28,732 bases of DNA from a virus (Duplodnaviria > Caudoviricetes), in the IMG/VR virus record IMGVR_UViG_3300037467_000070, positions 1 through 28,732 of that record. One strand, given 5' to 3'. The notes beneath the pieces were generated by a model. The model saw nothing but the letters and a program-made list of their open reading frames with translations. It searched no databases and had not been told where the DNA came from. The position numbers and the translations under genes are program-made. Shown piece by piece: positions 8,102-17,902 of this stretch (the first letter of the stretch is position 1; every line of letters begins with the position of its first letter).

Positions 8102-9706
8102 ATGGGTGTTTGGAATAATATTGTTAGTGCCTTTAGCATTGGCAATACACCATCTACTCAAAATGGGGAAATCATCAAAAGCATGGATATGGATATGTAC
8201 AAGTCCGAAGCTGACAGGGAGTCTAAAGCTATTGTAGCAGACCCGTTCGCCCTCATACAGCAAATGGGATTCAAGGATAAGCCATTCTCATTAACTTTTG
8301 ATACCCTAAGAAAGATGGCAACTAGGAACTCAGTAGTGGCTGCGATTATACAAACAAGGATAAATCAAATATCCAGTTTCACACAACCTGCTAGATTTAC
8401 AAAGGACGGAGTGGGTTTTGAGATAACAACTAGAGACCCTAAGATGCAACCATCAGAGTTAGATAAACGTATGATGTTGGCACTGGAGTCCTTTATAGAA
8501 AACTGTGGATTCACCTATGATCCTAGTAGGGATAACTTTGACACATTTGTTAGGAAATTCTTGAGGGATTCTCTACAGTATGACCAAGGATGCTTTGAGA
8601 TTGTACCTGATAGAAGAGGATTACCAGCGGAGTTATTCGTTGTGGATGCCTCCACTATACGTGCGGCAGAGGTTAAGTTTGATAGCAACAAAGACTACCC
8701 AACCATGACAGATGTTACATCTGACTTTGATGAAGTACAATGGGTACAAGTAATTGATAATATTGTTGTATCAGAGTTCACTGGTAAGGAATTGGCATTT
8801 GCTGTAAGGAATCCTAGGTCTGATATTAATATTCAGCCTTATGGATTAGCAGAACTAGAGATCCTTGTACACCAGGTAACATCACACCTATGGGCAGAAG
8901 AATATAACTCACGTTACTTCTCTCAAGGCGGTACTACAAAAGGTATACTAAACCTAAAAGGACAAAATATTAGTAAGGAGCAACTTGATGCTTTCCGTAG
9001 ACAATGGACTGCACAGGTAGCTGGTATGACTGGAGCATGGAAGACACCAGTTGTGTCTGTTGATGGGCTTGAGTATATCAACGTATCCCAATCTAACCGT
9101 GAGATGGAATATGAGATGTGGATGAACTACCTAATCAACATCAGTTGTGCTGTGTTCCAGATTGACCCAGCAGAGGTAAACTTCCCTAACAGAGGTGGTG
9201 CTGGTGGCTCAAGTGGTGGCGGTCTAGGTGACGGTGGTATTGAAGACAGATTAGATAACTCTAAAGATAAGGGTCTGAGACCTTTATTGCGCTTTTTAGA
9301 GTCTGTTATCAATCGTTATATTATCCGTAGATTTAGTGACAAATATACGTTTAACTTTGTAGGTTTGGATAAAGAAAGCGAGAAGGATAAGGTAGCTCTT
9401 ACTGACAAGCAAATCCGTAGTTACAAGACAGTTAATGAGGTTCGTAAAGAGAAAGACCTTGACCCTATTGAAGATGGGGACATTATACTAGATCCTACCT
9501 ACACTAACTACCTATTACAAAAACAACAGAATGACATGATGGCACAACAGGGTGGAGACCCTAATGACCCTAATGCACAGCCACAAGGTGGCCAAGGAGA
9601 TGTAGAACCTACTGGTAGCCCGGATGATGAGGTAGACCCAGAGGAAATGCAACAACAGCAAGAGGATAGCCAAATCTCACAGTCCATAGACCAACAGTAT
9701 CAATAA
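8102..9706 (+). CDS. portal protein
   Basis: Phage_portal motifs ([56 protein letters not shown]); position before the protease; RBS AAGGAGGTG. Confidence 0.93.
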   Translation: MGVWNNIVSAFSIGNTPSTQNGEIIKSMDMDMYKSEADRESKAIVADPFALIQQMGFKDKPFSLTFDTLRKMATRNSVVAAIIQTRINQISSFTQPARFTKDGVGFEITTRDPKMQPSELDKRMMLALESFIENCGFTYDPSRDNFDTFVRKFLRDSLQYDQGCFEIVPDRRGLPAELFVVDASTIRAAEVKFDSNKDYPTMTDVTSDFDEVQWVQVIDNIVVSEFTGKELAFAVRNPRSDINIQPYGLAELEILVHQVTSHLWAEEYNSRYFSQGGTTKGILNLKGQNISKEQLDAFRRQWTAQVAGMTGAWKTPVVSVDGLEYINVSQSNREMEYEMWMNYLINISCAVFQIDPAEVNFPNRGGAGGSSGGGLGDGGIEDRLDNSKDKGLRPLLRFLESVINRYIIRRFSDKYTFNFVGLDKESEKDKVALTDKQIRSYKTVNEVRKEKDLDPIEDGDIILDPTYTNYLLQKQQNDMMAQQGGDPNDPNAQPQGGQGDVEPTGSPDDEVDPEEMQQQQEDSQISQSIDQQYQ

Positions 9707-9719
9707 TATGATGGTGACA

Positions 9720-9750
9720 TAGACCTATGTTATATTAATATATAGGTCTA
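9720..9750 (+). promoter_or_regulatory. candidate late promoter TGTTATATTA enclosed in an inverted repeat
   Basis: TGTTATATTA at 9728-9737 matches the late-promoter motif I recall for Twort-like staphylococcal phages. It is flanked by TAGACCTAT/ATAGGTCTA arms and lies directly upstream of protease-scaffold-capsid. Confidence 0.45.
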
Positions 9751-9773
9751 ATTGCCCTCTGGAGGTGAAACAG

Positions 9774-10520
9774 ATGTTAGATGATAAGTTTAAGTTTAGT
9801 GTTGATATGGATATTGAGAAGAGTGAGGAATCCGACACACGCAGACTTATACGTGGATATGCTTCAACTGAGCACGAAGATAGGCAAGGTGAGTCTATGG
9901 TGCAAAAAGGTCTAGATATTTCAGATTTCGTAAACCATGGCTATTTTAATTATGACCATGATAACAGTATTATTTTGGGATACCCATTAAGCACCTGTAA
10001 GGTTGATGACCACGGGTTCTGGGTAGAGGGTGAGTTGCTAAAGGGTATCGCCTTGGCTGACAGAATATGGGACTTAGCATTAGCATTAAAGAAGTCCAAT
10101 GCACCTCGTAAAGTTGGTTTCTCCGTAGAAGGGAAAGTAATGGAGCGAGATGGTACACGCATTAAGAAAGCCAAGATTTATAATGTAGCCATCACAACAA
10201 ACCCAGTTAACACTAATTGTTCATGGGAAGCGGTAGCCAAGTCATTCAACGCTTCTACAATGGGTAAGTCTTTGGAAGCTGGCTATGAAGTAAACCCTAC
10301 AGATATGGAAGGTGGAAGCGTTTTCCGCAAGGAAAGCCTAGAAAAAGATATGCATAACCTTTCATATGTGATAGACGATGAGGAAAATAAGAAAATTCTT
10401 AAACAGAAGCTATCAACTAAGAAATCCTTAACCACTAAGGAATTAGTGTTATACTTGCAGATTGCTAAGGGCTGGTCACAACGACAAGCCAAGGATTTCA
10501 TAGCAAAACATATTCAATAG
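9774..10520 (+). CDS. prohead (capsid maturation) protease
   Basis: GYAST..DRQGE, FNYDH (catalytic His), GFSVEG (catalytic Ser), VAITTNPVN: HK97/S78-type pattern. Start at ATG 9774 after GGAGGTG. Confidence 0.92.
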   Translation: MLDDKFKFSVDMDIEKSEESDTRRLIRGYASTEHEDRQGESMVQKGLDISDFVNHGYFNYDHDNSIILGYPLSTCKVDDHGFWVEGELLKGIALADRIWDLALALKKSNAPRKVGFSVEGKVMERDGTRIKKAKIYNVAITTNPVNTNCSWEAVAKSFNASTMGKSLEAGYEVNPTDMEGGSVFRKESLEKDMHNLSYVIDDEENKKILKQKLSTKKSLTTKELVLYLQIAKGWSQRQAKDFIAKHIQ

Positions 10521-10535
10521 GAGGTGCACAATCTA

Positions 10536-11348
10536 ATGTCTAAAAATCTAGACGAGATTATCAATAAGTCACTAGATGAGATTGATGCTATCGTGGACGA
10601 AATTAATAAGGGAATGGATACAACTGAAATATCTAAGTCGGTAGATGACGAGGATGTATCACCTGATGAAGTATCTGAGGATGCACCACAGGAAGATGAT
10701 GCTCCTGCTAGCGATGACGCACCAGCAGATGACGCTCCTAATCAAGATGCACCACAAGATGATGATGCGCCAACTGATACTGATTCAGACAATGAGCCTG
10801 AAGAAGATGCTGGACAGGATGAGGATGATACAGAAAAGTCATTGGATGAAGAACTCAATGGTAATGATAGTGTTCGTAAGGCACTAGAAGTTAGTGAGTT
10901 TTTAAATGAGCTTGTTAAAGGTATCTCTTCTGTACTATCTAAGCATGGAGAGTCCATCAGCAAGTCTATTTCTTCTACTGAAACTTCACAAGAGCTTTTA
11001 GCTAAGTCTTTCAACGGTATTGTGAAATCACAAAAAGCCGTATTGGAAACTCAGTCTAGACTTATGAAGTCTGTCGGTGATCTTACTGCTCGTATTAACA
11101 AACTTGAGTCACAACCTATGACTCGTAAATCAGTACCTTCCGCTAAGGCAATCGAGAAATCATTTGCTGCTAGTGCTGGAAATAAACCTGTCAATGAGAA
11201 ACTCTCTAAGTCCATGGCTTTGAATGAGCTATCAAAGGCAATTGATGAAGGTAAAACTCAATTCATTAGTGATATCTTAGCTCTTGAAGGTACTGGCGAT
11301 TTTAGTGCGCTGTCCGCAGAAGCTAAACATATGCTAAACATACAATAA
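10536..11348 (+). CDS. capsid scaffolding protein
   Basis: Between protease and MCP; very acidic N-half, helical C-half, many xxKS/KA/KG sites. Start at ATG 10536 after GGAGGT. Confidence 0.75.
   Translation: MSKNLDEIINKSLDEIDAIVDEINKGMDTTEISKSVDDEDVSPDEVSEDAPQEDDAPASDDAPADDAPNQDAPQDDDAPTDTDSDNEPEEDAGQDEDDTEKSLDEELNGNDSVRKALEVSEFLNELVKGISSVLSKHGESISKSISSTETSQELLAKSFNGIVKSQKAVLETQSRLMKSVGDLTARINKLESQPMTRKSVPSAKAIEKSFAASAGNKPVNEKLSKSMALNELSKAIDEGKTQFISDILALEGTGDFSALSAEAKHMLNIQ
10680..10773 (+). repeat. six DAP tripeptide repeats in the scaffold's acidic region
   Basis: DAPQEDDAPASDDAPADDAPNQDAPQDDDAP. Confidence 0.7.
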
Positions 11349-11367
11349 TAACGGGGGTGCAATTTAA

Positions 11368-12792
11368 ATGTCTGGATTAACTGGTATTGGGCAAGAGGGT
11401 ATCAATGGATTTGGTATCTCTACGCCACAAGATGTAGATAATCTTAACAAAGCGTTAACAGCAGGCTACGAGGTAAACCCTCTTAACCTACAAGGTGGGG
11501 GCGCATTCCGTGTAGAATCTCTAGAGAATAGCTTAAAGGTTCTAACTTACGGTGACCAACACATCAAATTCTGGAAGAAAATTCCTAAACAACAAGCGTT
11601 CTCTACTGTTGAGCAGTATGGACAATTACTAGACTACGGTCGTGGACAAGGAGCGTTCGTGGGTGAGGGTGTTTTACCTGATACTAACGACTCTACTTAC
11701 GCACGTAAGGCTGCTTTCGTTAAGTTCTTAGGAACTACACGTGAAGTAACTCATCCAATGACATTGGTTAACAGTGCATTCGGTAACGTAGTCGCTCGTC
11801 AGAACCAAGATGGTATCCTTTGGATGCTAAAACAAATGGAGCAATCTCTATTCTGGGGTAACTCTAAGTTGGCTGTTGGTGGCCAAGAGGGTCTAGAATT
11901 TGATGGATTAAACCGCCTTATCGATTCAGGTAACGTTATCGACCTTAAAGGTACTTACCTAGAAGAGAAGCACATTAACTGGGGCGCTCAGATGATCATT
12001 CAGAACTACGGTACTCCTACCGACTTGTTCTTACCATTTGAAGTAATGGCTCAGTTCAGCCAAGAATTCTTCCCTAAAGAGCGTGTAATCATGCCAACTG
12101 CTTCTGGCTACCAAGCTGGTGTAGTTGTTAACAAATTCATGACTCACGGTGGAGAAGTAGACTTCAATCCTGACATCTTCTTAACTAAGACTCGTCCATT
12201 AAGCCAAAACGCTTCTAGCTTCAAGGCTCCTGCTGTAGGATCTATTGCCTACACTGCTGCTTCTGACCTAGTAACTAGCGTAACTGGCGACTGGGCTAAG
12301 CAAGGTGCTGGAACTTATCAATTTGTTGTTACATTCAACAACTCTCATGGTGAGTCTATCCCATCTAACGCTGTGTCAGTTACTTTGGCTTCTGGTGATC
12401 TTGGTAAGGGTGTACAGATTCATATCACTAACCCTACTTCTACAGCATTCCCAATTGAGTACGTTCGTATCTATCGTACTGAGTTGAATGGATCTAACTT
12501 CTATGAAGTAGATAAGGTTGCAGTACCTAGTGCTGGTTCTGGTGCAAGCTTCATCTACACTGACCTTGGTACTACTATTGCTAACACTTACACTTCATTC
12601 ATGGGTGAAATGTCTCCTGACATTATCGGATTCAAGCAGTTAGCTCCTATGATGAAGATGGATCTAGCTACACTTGGGCCAGTTATCCGTTGGATGATCT
12701 TGCTATATGGTGTACCAGTTTTATATGCTCCTAAGAAATGGATGAAGTTTACTAACATCAAGGCTGATGTTCCAGGATTTGTCGGAGCGTAA
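11368..12792 (+). CDS. major capsid protein precursor (Herelleviridae-like, with inserted beta-sandwich domain)
   Basis: LNKALTAGY..GGAFRVESLE..LT, GLEFDGL, YGTPTDLFLP, PMMKMDLA, W..LLYG...LYAPKKW motifs typical of SPO1/A511/K-type capsids; followed by a strong terminator. Confidence 0.95.
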   Translation: MSGLTGIGQEGINGFGISTPQDVDNLNKALTAGYEVNPLNLQGGGAFRVESLENSLKVLTYGDQHIKFWKKIPKQQAFSTVEQYGQLLDYGRGQGAFVGEGVLPDTNDSTYARKAAFVKFLGTTREVTHPMTLVNSAFGNVVARQNQDGILWMLKQMEQSLFWGNSKLAVGGQEGLEFDGLNRLIDSGNVIDLKGTYLEEKHINWGAQMIIQNYGTPTDLFLPFEVMAQFSQEFFPKERVIMPTASGYQAGVVVNKFMTHGGEVDFNPDIFLTKTRPLSQNASSFKAPAVGSIAYTAASDLVTSVTGDWAKQGAGTYQFVVTFNNSHGESIPSNAVSVTLASGDLGKGVQIHITNPTSTAFPIEYVRIYRTELNGSNFYEVDKVAVPSAGSGASFIYTDLGTTIANTYTSFMGEMSPDIIGFKQLAPMMKMDLATLGPVIRWMILLYGVPVLYAPKKWMKFTNIKADVPGFVGA

Positions 12793-12810
12793 GTTTAACA
12801 TAGATTAACG

Positions 12811-12848
12811 TAGGGGCGAATGAGAATTCGCCCCTATTGTTGTTTTTG
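12811..12848 (+). terminator. Rho-independent terminator after MCP
   Basis: TAGGGGCGAAT-gaga-ATTCGCCCCTA followed by TTGTTGTTTTT. Confidence 0.9.
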
Positions 12849-12899
12849 TAGGACATATGCGATTATATAAAAGTAGAGCACACAAGGAGGTAATAAGAA

Positions 12900-13157
12900 A
12901 TGCCTAAAATTCAGAACCTACAATTAGCTAATAAACTAGCTGGTATCTCTACGGAGATGGTGCAGTTTGATCATGAAGGTATTGGTCACATTGAGTCAGA
13001 GGAATTACATGCAGAGTTACTTACTCTTGCTAACTTCTTCCCAGTGGAGGAAAAGGAGTCTAAGCCAGAGGGTAAGAAAATAGAGATTACACTTGAGGAA
13101 TACGTTGATGACCTTAAAGTAGAGGAGCCAAAGGCTAAGAAAACCACTAAAAAATAA
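12900..13157 (+). CDS. small hypothetical virion-module protein (85 aa)
   Basis: RBS AAGGAGGT; Lys-rich C-terminus; typical small gene after MCP. Confidence 0.8.
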   Translation: MPKIQNLQLANKLAGISTEMVQFDHEGIGHIESEELHAELLTLANFFPVEEKESKPEGKKIEITLEEYVDDLKVEEPKAKKTTKK

Positions 13158-13169
13158 GGGTGATGATCT

Positions 13170-13907
13170 ATGCAATTTACAGACATTAATACCCAGTTTC
13201 TTAGGGATAACTATCTGTTTGGTGTACCTCTAGAGGACATGTATGGCAACAAGATGAAAGAAGAGATGCTACAACACTACATCAGGTCTGCCATACAGCA
13301 AACCCAGAGGATGCTACAAATCACCATTGAACCAGTAGACATCGTTGCTGAACGACATGACTACTATCAGAATGACTTTCTTAGCTGGGGTTATTTACAA
13401 GTACACAAGAGACCAATTATTGAAGTCACCGATTTATCTATGTGGTTTGGTAATGCTCAAATGTTTCAGATTCCTCAGGACTGGATTAGGAACTATGGTA
13501 TCACTGGGCAAATAGAAATGTTCCCAACACAAGGTAGTGCTGGTAGCATGATACTACTGCAAGATGGCTCATTCTTACCAGCTATTCTTGGGATGTATCA
13601 AAATGCACCTCAAATATGGCAGGTATCCTATCGTGCAGGTATGGATGATGTACCGGATGATATTGTAGAATACATCATGAAACGTGCATCTGTTGGTATT
13701 TTGCAAGTATGGGGTGACTTAATTATTGGTGCTGGTATTGCCAACCAGACTATCAGTATTGACGGATTATCCCAGTCTATTGGTACTACCCAGTCCCCAG
13801 AGTTCTCTGGTGCTGGTGCACGTATCAAGAACTATCAGGATGATATGAGGGAGTTGGAAAAACGATTGCGTGATACGTATCTCGGAATCAATCTAACTAT
13901 ACTATAG
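13170..13907 (+). CDS. head-tail adaptor / neck protein
   Basis: YLFGV.L, ERHDYY..DF, APQIWQVSYRAGM, QVWGDLIIGAGIA..SIDGLSQSIGTTQS..GARI; synteny. Confidence 0.8.
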   Translation: MQFTDINTQFLRDNYLFGVPLEDMYGNKMKEEMLQHYIRSAIQQTQRMLQITIEPVDIVAERHDYYQNDFLSWGYLQVHKRPIIEVTDLSMWFGNAQMFQIPQDWIRNYGITGQIEMFPTQGSAGSMILLQDGSFLPAILGMYQNAPQIWQVSYRAGMDDVPDDIVEYIMKRASVGILQVWGDLIIGAGIANQTISIDGLSQSIGTTQSPEFSGAGARIKNYQDDMRELEKRLRDTYLGINLTIL

Positions 13908-13918
13908 GGGGTGAGATA

Positions 13919-14131
13919 GTGGGAGATAAAGCATACCAAATATTCAAGGAATGGTTTTTGAAGTTTGAAGGTGCTAATCACTTTGTCTCAACAACTATTG
14001 TAGTGGTTGGAATGATACTAACAGGCGTACACCAGGTATGGCCTTATATCCTACCAGCTCTAGACTATATAGCGGGAATCGGAACATTTTATATAGGCTG
14101 GAGAGAAGGAAAGGAGCATCACCATGGCTGA
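13919..14131 (+). CDS. small putative membrane protein (70 aa)
   Basis: GTG start with GGGGGTG RBS; two hydrophobic stretches (FVSTTIVVVGMILTGV; YILPALDYIAGIGTFYIGW); overlaps the next gene. Confidence 0.6.
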   Translation: MGDKAYQIFKEWFLKFEGANHFVSTTIVVVGMILTGVHQVWPYILPALDYIAGIGTFYIGWREGKEHHHG

Positions 14132-14915
14132 TAACATAGATGTAAACAATCTGAATTTTTTCTACCCGAATAGGGACACAACACTTATTAATACCCCAGG
14201 TGTTGGCCCTAGGGCAGACTTTAAGCCTGAAATTTTTGATACTGCCATTATCCAAAAAGGATATAGAGTTGTGTGGCAGCAAGCTATGTATTGTTCTTGC
14301 TATAATCAACAAAGTGGTAGTCCAGATTATAACTGTCCAGCATGTTATGGGAAGGGTTATATTTACTTTGGTGATAAGCTGACAAGAGCTTTGGTAACCA
14401 GCATATCAGATAGGAAAGAGATGGAGCGCATAGGTCTGCATGAAGTTGGTGGGGCTTATTTGACACCTCTAAGTACAGATAATGTTGGTTATAGGGATAG
14501 ATTTATATTCCCTGACTTCACAACTAAGTTCTCTGAAGTGGTTACTAGGGGGTCTAGTGACACAGATTACCTAAGATATAAATGTAAGGGAATTATAGCG
14601 GTTAGACAACTGAATGAGACTTATATTGAGAATGTGGACTTCACTATCATTACTGATGATTCTAGTATATTGGGTCAGTCCAAGATACAATGGTTAGCCC
14701 CATCAGTAGATCCAGGTACAAATTACTCCATATTATACCTAATGCATCCCTACTATATTGTGCTAAATCCCATCCATGAACTTAGAGGTACGTATACAAA
14801 GTATAAGGGTGGTGGTGAGGAATACTTCATGCAATTACCTAAGCAATATCAAATCAAGCGTGAGGATTTCCTAGAGAGCAATATAGGGGGTAATCTAGAT
14901 GTGGGGTCGAACTAA
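14124..14915 (+). CDS. neck / head-closure protein with Cys cluster
   Basis: W..AMYCSC..PDYNCPACYGKGY zinc-like motif; C-terminal LPKQYQIKREDF; synteny. Confidence 0.7.
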   Translation: MADNIDVNNLNFFYPNRDTTLINTPGVGPRADFKPEIFDTAIIQKGYRVVWQQAMYCSCYNQQSGSPDYNCPACYGKGYIYFGDKLTRALVTSISDRKEMERIGLHEVGGAYLTPLSTDNVGYRDRFIFPDFTTKFSEVVTRGSSDTDYLRYKCKGIIAVRQLNETYIENVDFTIITDDSSILGQSKIQWLAPSVDPGTNYSILYLMHPYYIVLNPIHELRGTYTKYKGGGEEYFMQLPKQYQIKREDFLESNIGGNLDVGSN

Positions 14916-15093
14916 TCCAAGCAGAAATACTGGAGCCCCTATCTGGGGTGCATCCCCAGTACGGAAGCCCATCAGCCCTATCAAGGAATATGACACTAGA
15001 AATGCCTATTTCGATTGGGAAAAGCAGTCCAATGATGAGCCTAATGGGGACATATTGGATATTATTATGCAAATAGAAAAAGGCAAAATCTAG
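14899..15093 (+). CDS. small hypothetical protein (64 aa)
   Basis: RBS AGGGGGT; overlaps the upstream stop and fills the gap. Confidence 0.55.
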   Translation: MWGRTNPSRNTGAPIWGASPVRKPISPIKEYDTRNAYFDWEKQSNDEPNGDILDIIMQIEKGKI

Positions 15094-15128
15094 ATATTTC
15101 ATGTAGTACAGATAGGGGTGGATAATAG

Positions 15129-15989
15129 GTGATACCTGTAGTTGAGGATTATTTAAGTGAATTGTTAACAAAGAAGATACAGTTCATCAGGGAGAATCCT
15201 AATGAACTAGACACTATCCTAGGGATTAGTGAGACGAAGCTCAATAGCCTAAAAGAGTTCTTTCAAGGTAGAACCCTCAATGTTAGGCTAGGATTCCCTA
15301 GAACACCTGTTGAGTTGCCCTGTGTGGCAATAACTCTATCCAGTGAGGATGAGATGCAAGAGGGACTAGGTGATTATAGTGATGACTATATAATTGGTCA
15401 ATCCAACAACGTCACAGAAGTAGTAAAAGTTGTGGATACAAGGGGCGGACTTGTGCAAGCCCCCTATATAACACTCACGGGTGTTCCTGTAGATAATGTG
15501 GTGTCTATGGTTAACTTAACTACTGGAGTCCCAATTGAGGATACAGAGTATGAGATCATCAATCAGGCACTAGGTCTAGTACAGATAAATAGTGGGTTGG
15601 TAGAGCACGAGGATGACATACAAGTGATATACACAGTGCTTGAAACTATGAAAGAGCAAATGGAAGTCCTATATGAATCAACATATAGGCTGGAAGTGTG
15701 GGCAAAGAACGCAGATCTAACCGTTGCCCTATACCATATAGTAAAATGGGCTTTACTATCAGGAAGAGATGAACTAGTCAATGACGGTCTCTTTAGACAG
15801 AAACTTAGTGGGTCAGATTTTCAGCCAGCCCCTAACTACTTCCCTGAATTTGTATATAGGAGAGCATTAAGTTTCTGGTGTCAGTTCTCAGCCTCTACAC
15901 CTACTGATACATCAGAGTTGCACTTTATAACATCTATCGAAGCTAGACAAAATCTATATGAGTCTAATGGTGGTGATAACAATGGCTGA
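15129..15989 (+). CDS. putative tail terminator / tail completion protein
   Basis: Position before the sheath; GFPR..LPC.AI.L..EDE..GLG and FPEFVYRR motifs; central beta-rich insertion. Confidence 0.6.
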   Translation: MIPVVEDYLSELLTKKIQFIRENPNELDTILGISETKLNSLKEFFQGRTLNVRLGFPRTPVELPCVAITLSSEDEMQEGLGDYSDDYIIGQSNNVTEVVKVVDTRGGLVQAPYITLTGVPVDNVVSMVNLTTGVPIEDTEYEIINQALGLVQINSGLVEHEDDIQVIYTVLETMKEQMEVLYESTYRLEVWAKNADLTVALYHIVKWALLSGRDELVNDGLFRQKLSGSDFQPAPNYFPEFVYRRALSFWCQFSASTPTDTSELHFITSIEARQNLYESNGGDNNG

Positions 15990-16170
15990 AAAGGATAAGA
16001 AAAATGTACAACCTGAAGTATTGCAACCACGAGTACACATTGGAGAATTTTTATTCAATAGTGATCTTTCCGATATGAGGAAAGGTGCATTCAGGGTATT
16101 TGTGGAAGGTAAAGAATGGATGAGCACAGATGAGTGGCAATCCAAGCTAGAGGAATTCCAATCTAAATAA
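15982..16170 (+). CDS. small hypothetical protein before sheath (62 aa)
   Basis: ATG 15982 after GGTGGTGA; VHIGEFL..GAFRVFVEGKEWM; typical small gene at this position. Confidence 0.7.
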   Translation: MAEKDKKNVQPEVLQPRVHIGEFLFNSDLSDMRKGAFRVFVEGKEWMSTDEWQSKLEEFQSK

Positions 16171-16187
16171 TGAGAGGTGTATAACCA

Positions 16188-17882
16188 ATGGCAATTAACT
16201 TTGATGGTAGAAATATTGTACACCCAGGTGGATACAGTACTATTGACTCTGACAGTATGCTTGTAACATCTGACGGTAGCACAAACATACCTATCGTTCT
16301 TGGTACAGCAGACGCTGGTAAGCCAGGAGAAGTAAAATGGTTTACTAACATGCTAGCTGCCCAGACATACCTACGTAGTGGAGATTTAGTAAATGCCTTA
16401 CAATTAATGTTCTCTCCATTGCCAGAAGGTGGCGGAGGCTCCAGTATGGTAGGTGTTGTGGTTGTTAATCCTAACACTCAAGCAACCCTTACTGCTGGTG
16501 GTATTACCTTCACTTCACTAGAATATGGTGCTGGTGGTAATAAAGTCCAAGTTAAGGTAGAAAATGGCACAATTGCAGGCTCTAAGAAAGTTACAGCTTC
16601 TCGTTGGGACATTAATGCTCTAGAGGTATATGACAATCTTGGAGCAGTACTGAGTATTGATTATAGCGGTGCTCAGGTTTATGCTGATGTAACTGTAACC
16701 GTTACAAATGGGTCAGCAACTCGCTTACAAACTAAGGTTGGTTCATCTCAGGCTACTGCTACAACGGACTTAGACCTTAACCTAACTGATGCTAGATTCG
16801 CAACGGTTGATGGAATTATCTCTTATATCAACAGTGTATCTGGATATACTGCTGCCTTATTGAATCCACAACATAGTGGTATGGCATCAAGCGGTCTAGA
16901 CGCTGTATCATCTGTAAACATCATGAATACTGCTAACCTTATGGGATTAAACGCTGGTATCCAGTATACAGTGAACGGCAATTCTAATCTAGTATCCATT
17001 GCTATCTCTAGTACTGTTAGTAACATTGTTAGCACCTACCTAGCAGGTGGTGTGACTGGTACAGCACCATCCAGCTTTGCAACTCACCTAGATGTAGTTA
17101 AATCTAGTTTCTCTGACATCCTAGTCATCCTATCTGGATCAGCAACTATTCACGCAGAGGCTGCTATTCATATCGGACAGATGGAACTTAGAAAGCAACG
17201 TCAAGTAATGTTCACTGGTGGTGTATCTGGTGAGACTGCTACGCAAGCTAAGCAACGTGCTTCAGCTTTGAATAACTCCCGTATTGTGCTAGCTTACCCA
17301 GGTATCTACCATGCAGTAGTCGGTGATGGAACACTGTTACCTCCATATATGACTGCGGCTTTAATCGCTGGTCGTGCTACTGGTGTAGACCCATCTGAAC
17401 CAATTACCTTCAACTATTTCGGAGTAACTGGTTTAGAGACTAACCAAATTGTAGGAGACCCAGTTATTGATGATCTAATCTCTTCTGGGGTATGTACTCT
17501 AGAGAGAACATATACTGGTGGTATCCGCTTAGTGCAAGGTATCACAACTTACCTTGGTAATGACAACACATTATTGAAAGAGATTTCAGTAAGACGTGGA
17601 GCAGACAAGGTAGATGCTAAAGTAGTTCGTTCCTTAGAAGATATGTTTGTTGGTAACAAGAACTTGCTTGCTTCAGAATCTGCTATCAAGACTGCAATTA
17701 TCGATGTACTAGAAGGTGAGAAGCGTGCTGGTACTATTGCAGACTATAGCCCAACTATTCAGCTTACTTACAGTGGAACAGCTGTAATTGCTGACTATCA
17801 GGTTGCCCCAGTGGAGCCAGTTAACTTCGTATTACTACGCTCTCACTTTGTGCCAGCCTCTAGCTTATCAACACAACAATAA
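16188..17882 (+). CDS. contractile tail sheath protein
   Basis: HPGGYS.IDS, LG.A..GKP, LRSGDL..A, YDNLG, EPITF, RLVQGITTY, EISV motifs; 564 aa; precedes the tube gene. Confidence 0.93.
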   Translation: MAINFDGRNIVHPGGYSTIDSDSMLVTSDGSTNIPIVLGTADAGKPGEVKWFTNMLAAQTYLRSGDLVNALQLMFSPLPEGGGGSSMVGVVVVNPNTQATLTAGGITFTSLEYGAGGNKVQVKVENGTIAGSKKVTASRWDINALEVYDNLGAVLSIDYSGAQVYADVTVTVTNGSATRLQTKVGSSQATATTDLDLNLTDARFATVDGIISYINSVSGYTAALLNPQHSGMASSGLDAVSSVNIMNTANLMGLNAGIQYTVNGNSNLVSIAISSTVSNIVSTYLAGGVTGTAPSSFATHLDVVKSSFSDILVILSGSATIHAEAAIHIGQMELRKQRQVMFTGGVSGETATQAKQRASALNNSRIVLAYPGIYHAVVGDGTLLPPYMTAALIAGRATGVDPSEPITFNYFGVTGLETNQIVGDPVIDDLISSGVCTLERTYTGGIRLVQGITTYLGNDNTLLKEISVRRGADKVDAKVVRSLEDMFVGNKNLLASESAIKTAIIDVLEGEKRAGTIADYSPTIQLTYSGTAVIADYQVAPVEPVNFVLLRSHFVPASSLSTQQ

Positions 17883-17902
17883 TAAATAGGTGGTGAGTGA
17901 CA

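Noticed and set aside
12220-12580. Ig/FN3-like insertion in the major capsid protein as a novelty
   Set aside because: A comparable insertion is, as far as I recall, a normal feature of SPO1/K/A511-type capsid proteins.
5410-12792. Introns, inteins or homing endonucleases in terL, portal or capsid (common in related phages)
   Set aside because: All are uninterrupted, of normal length, and show no splice-junction or LAGLIDADG/HNH motifs.
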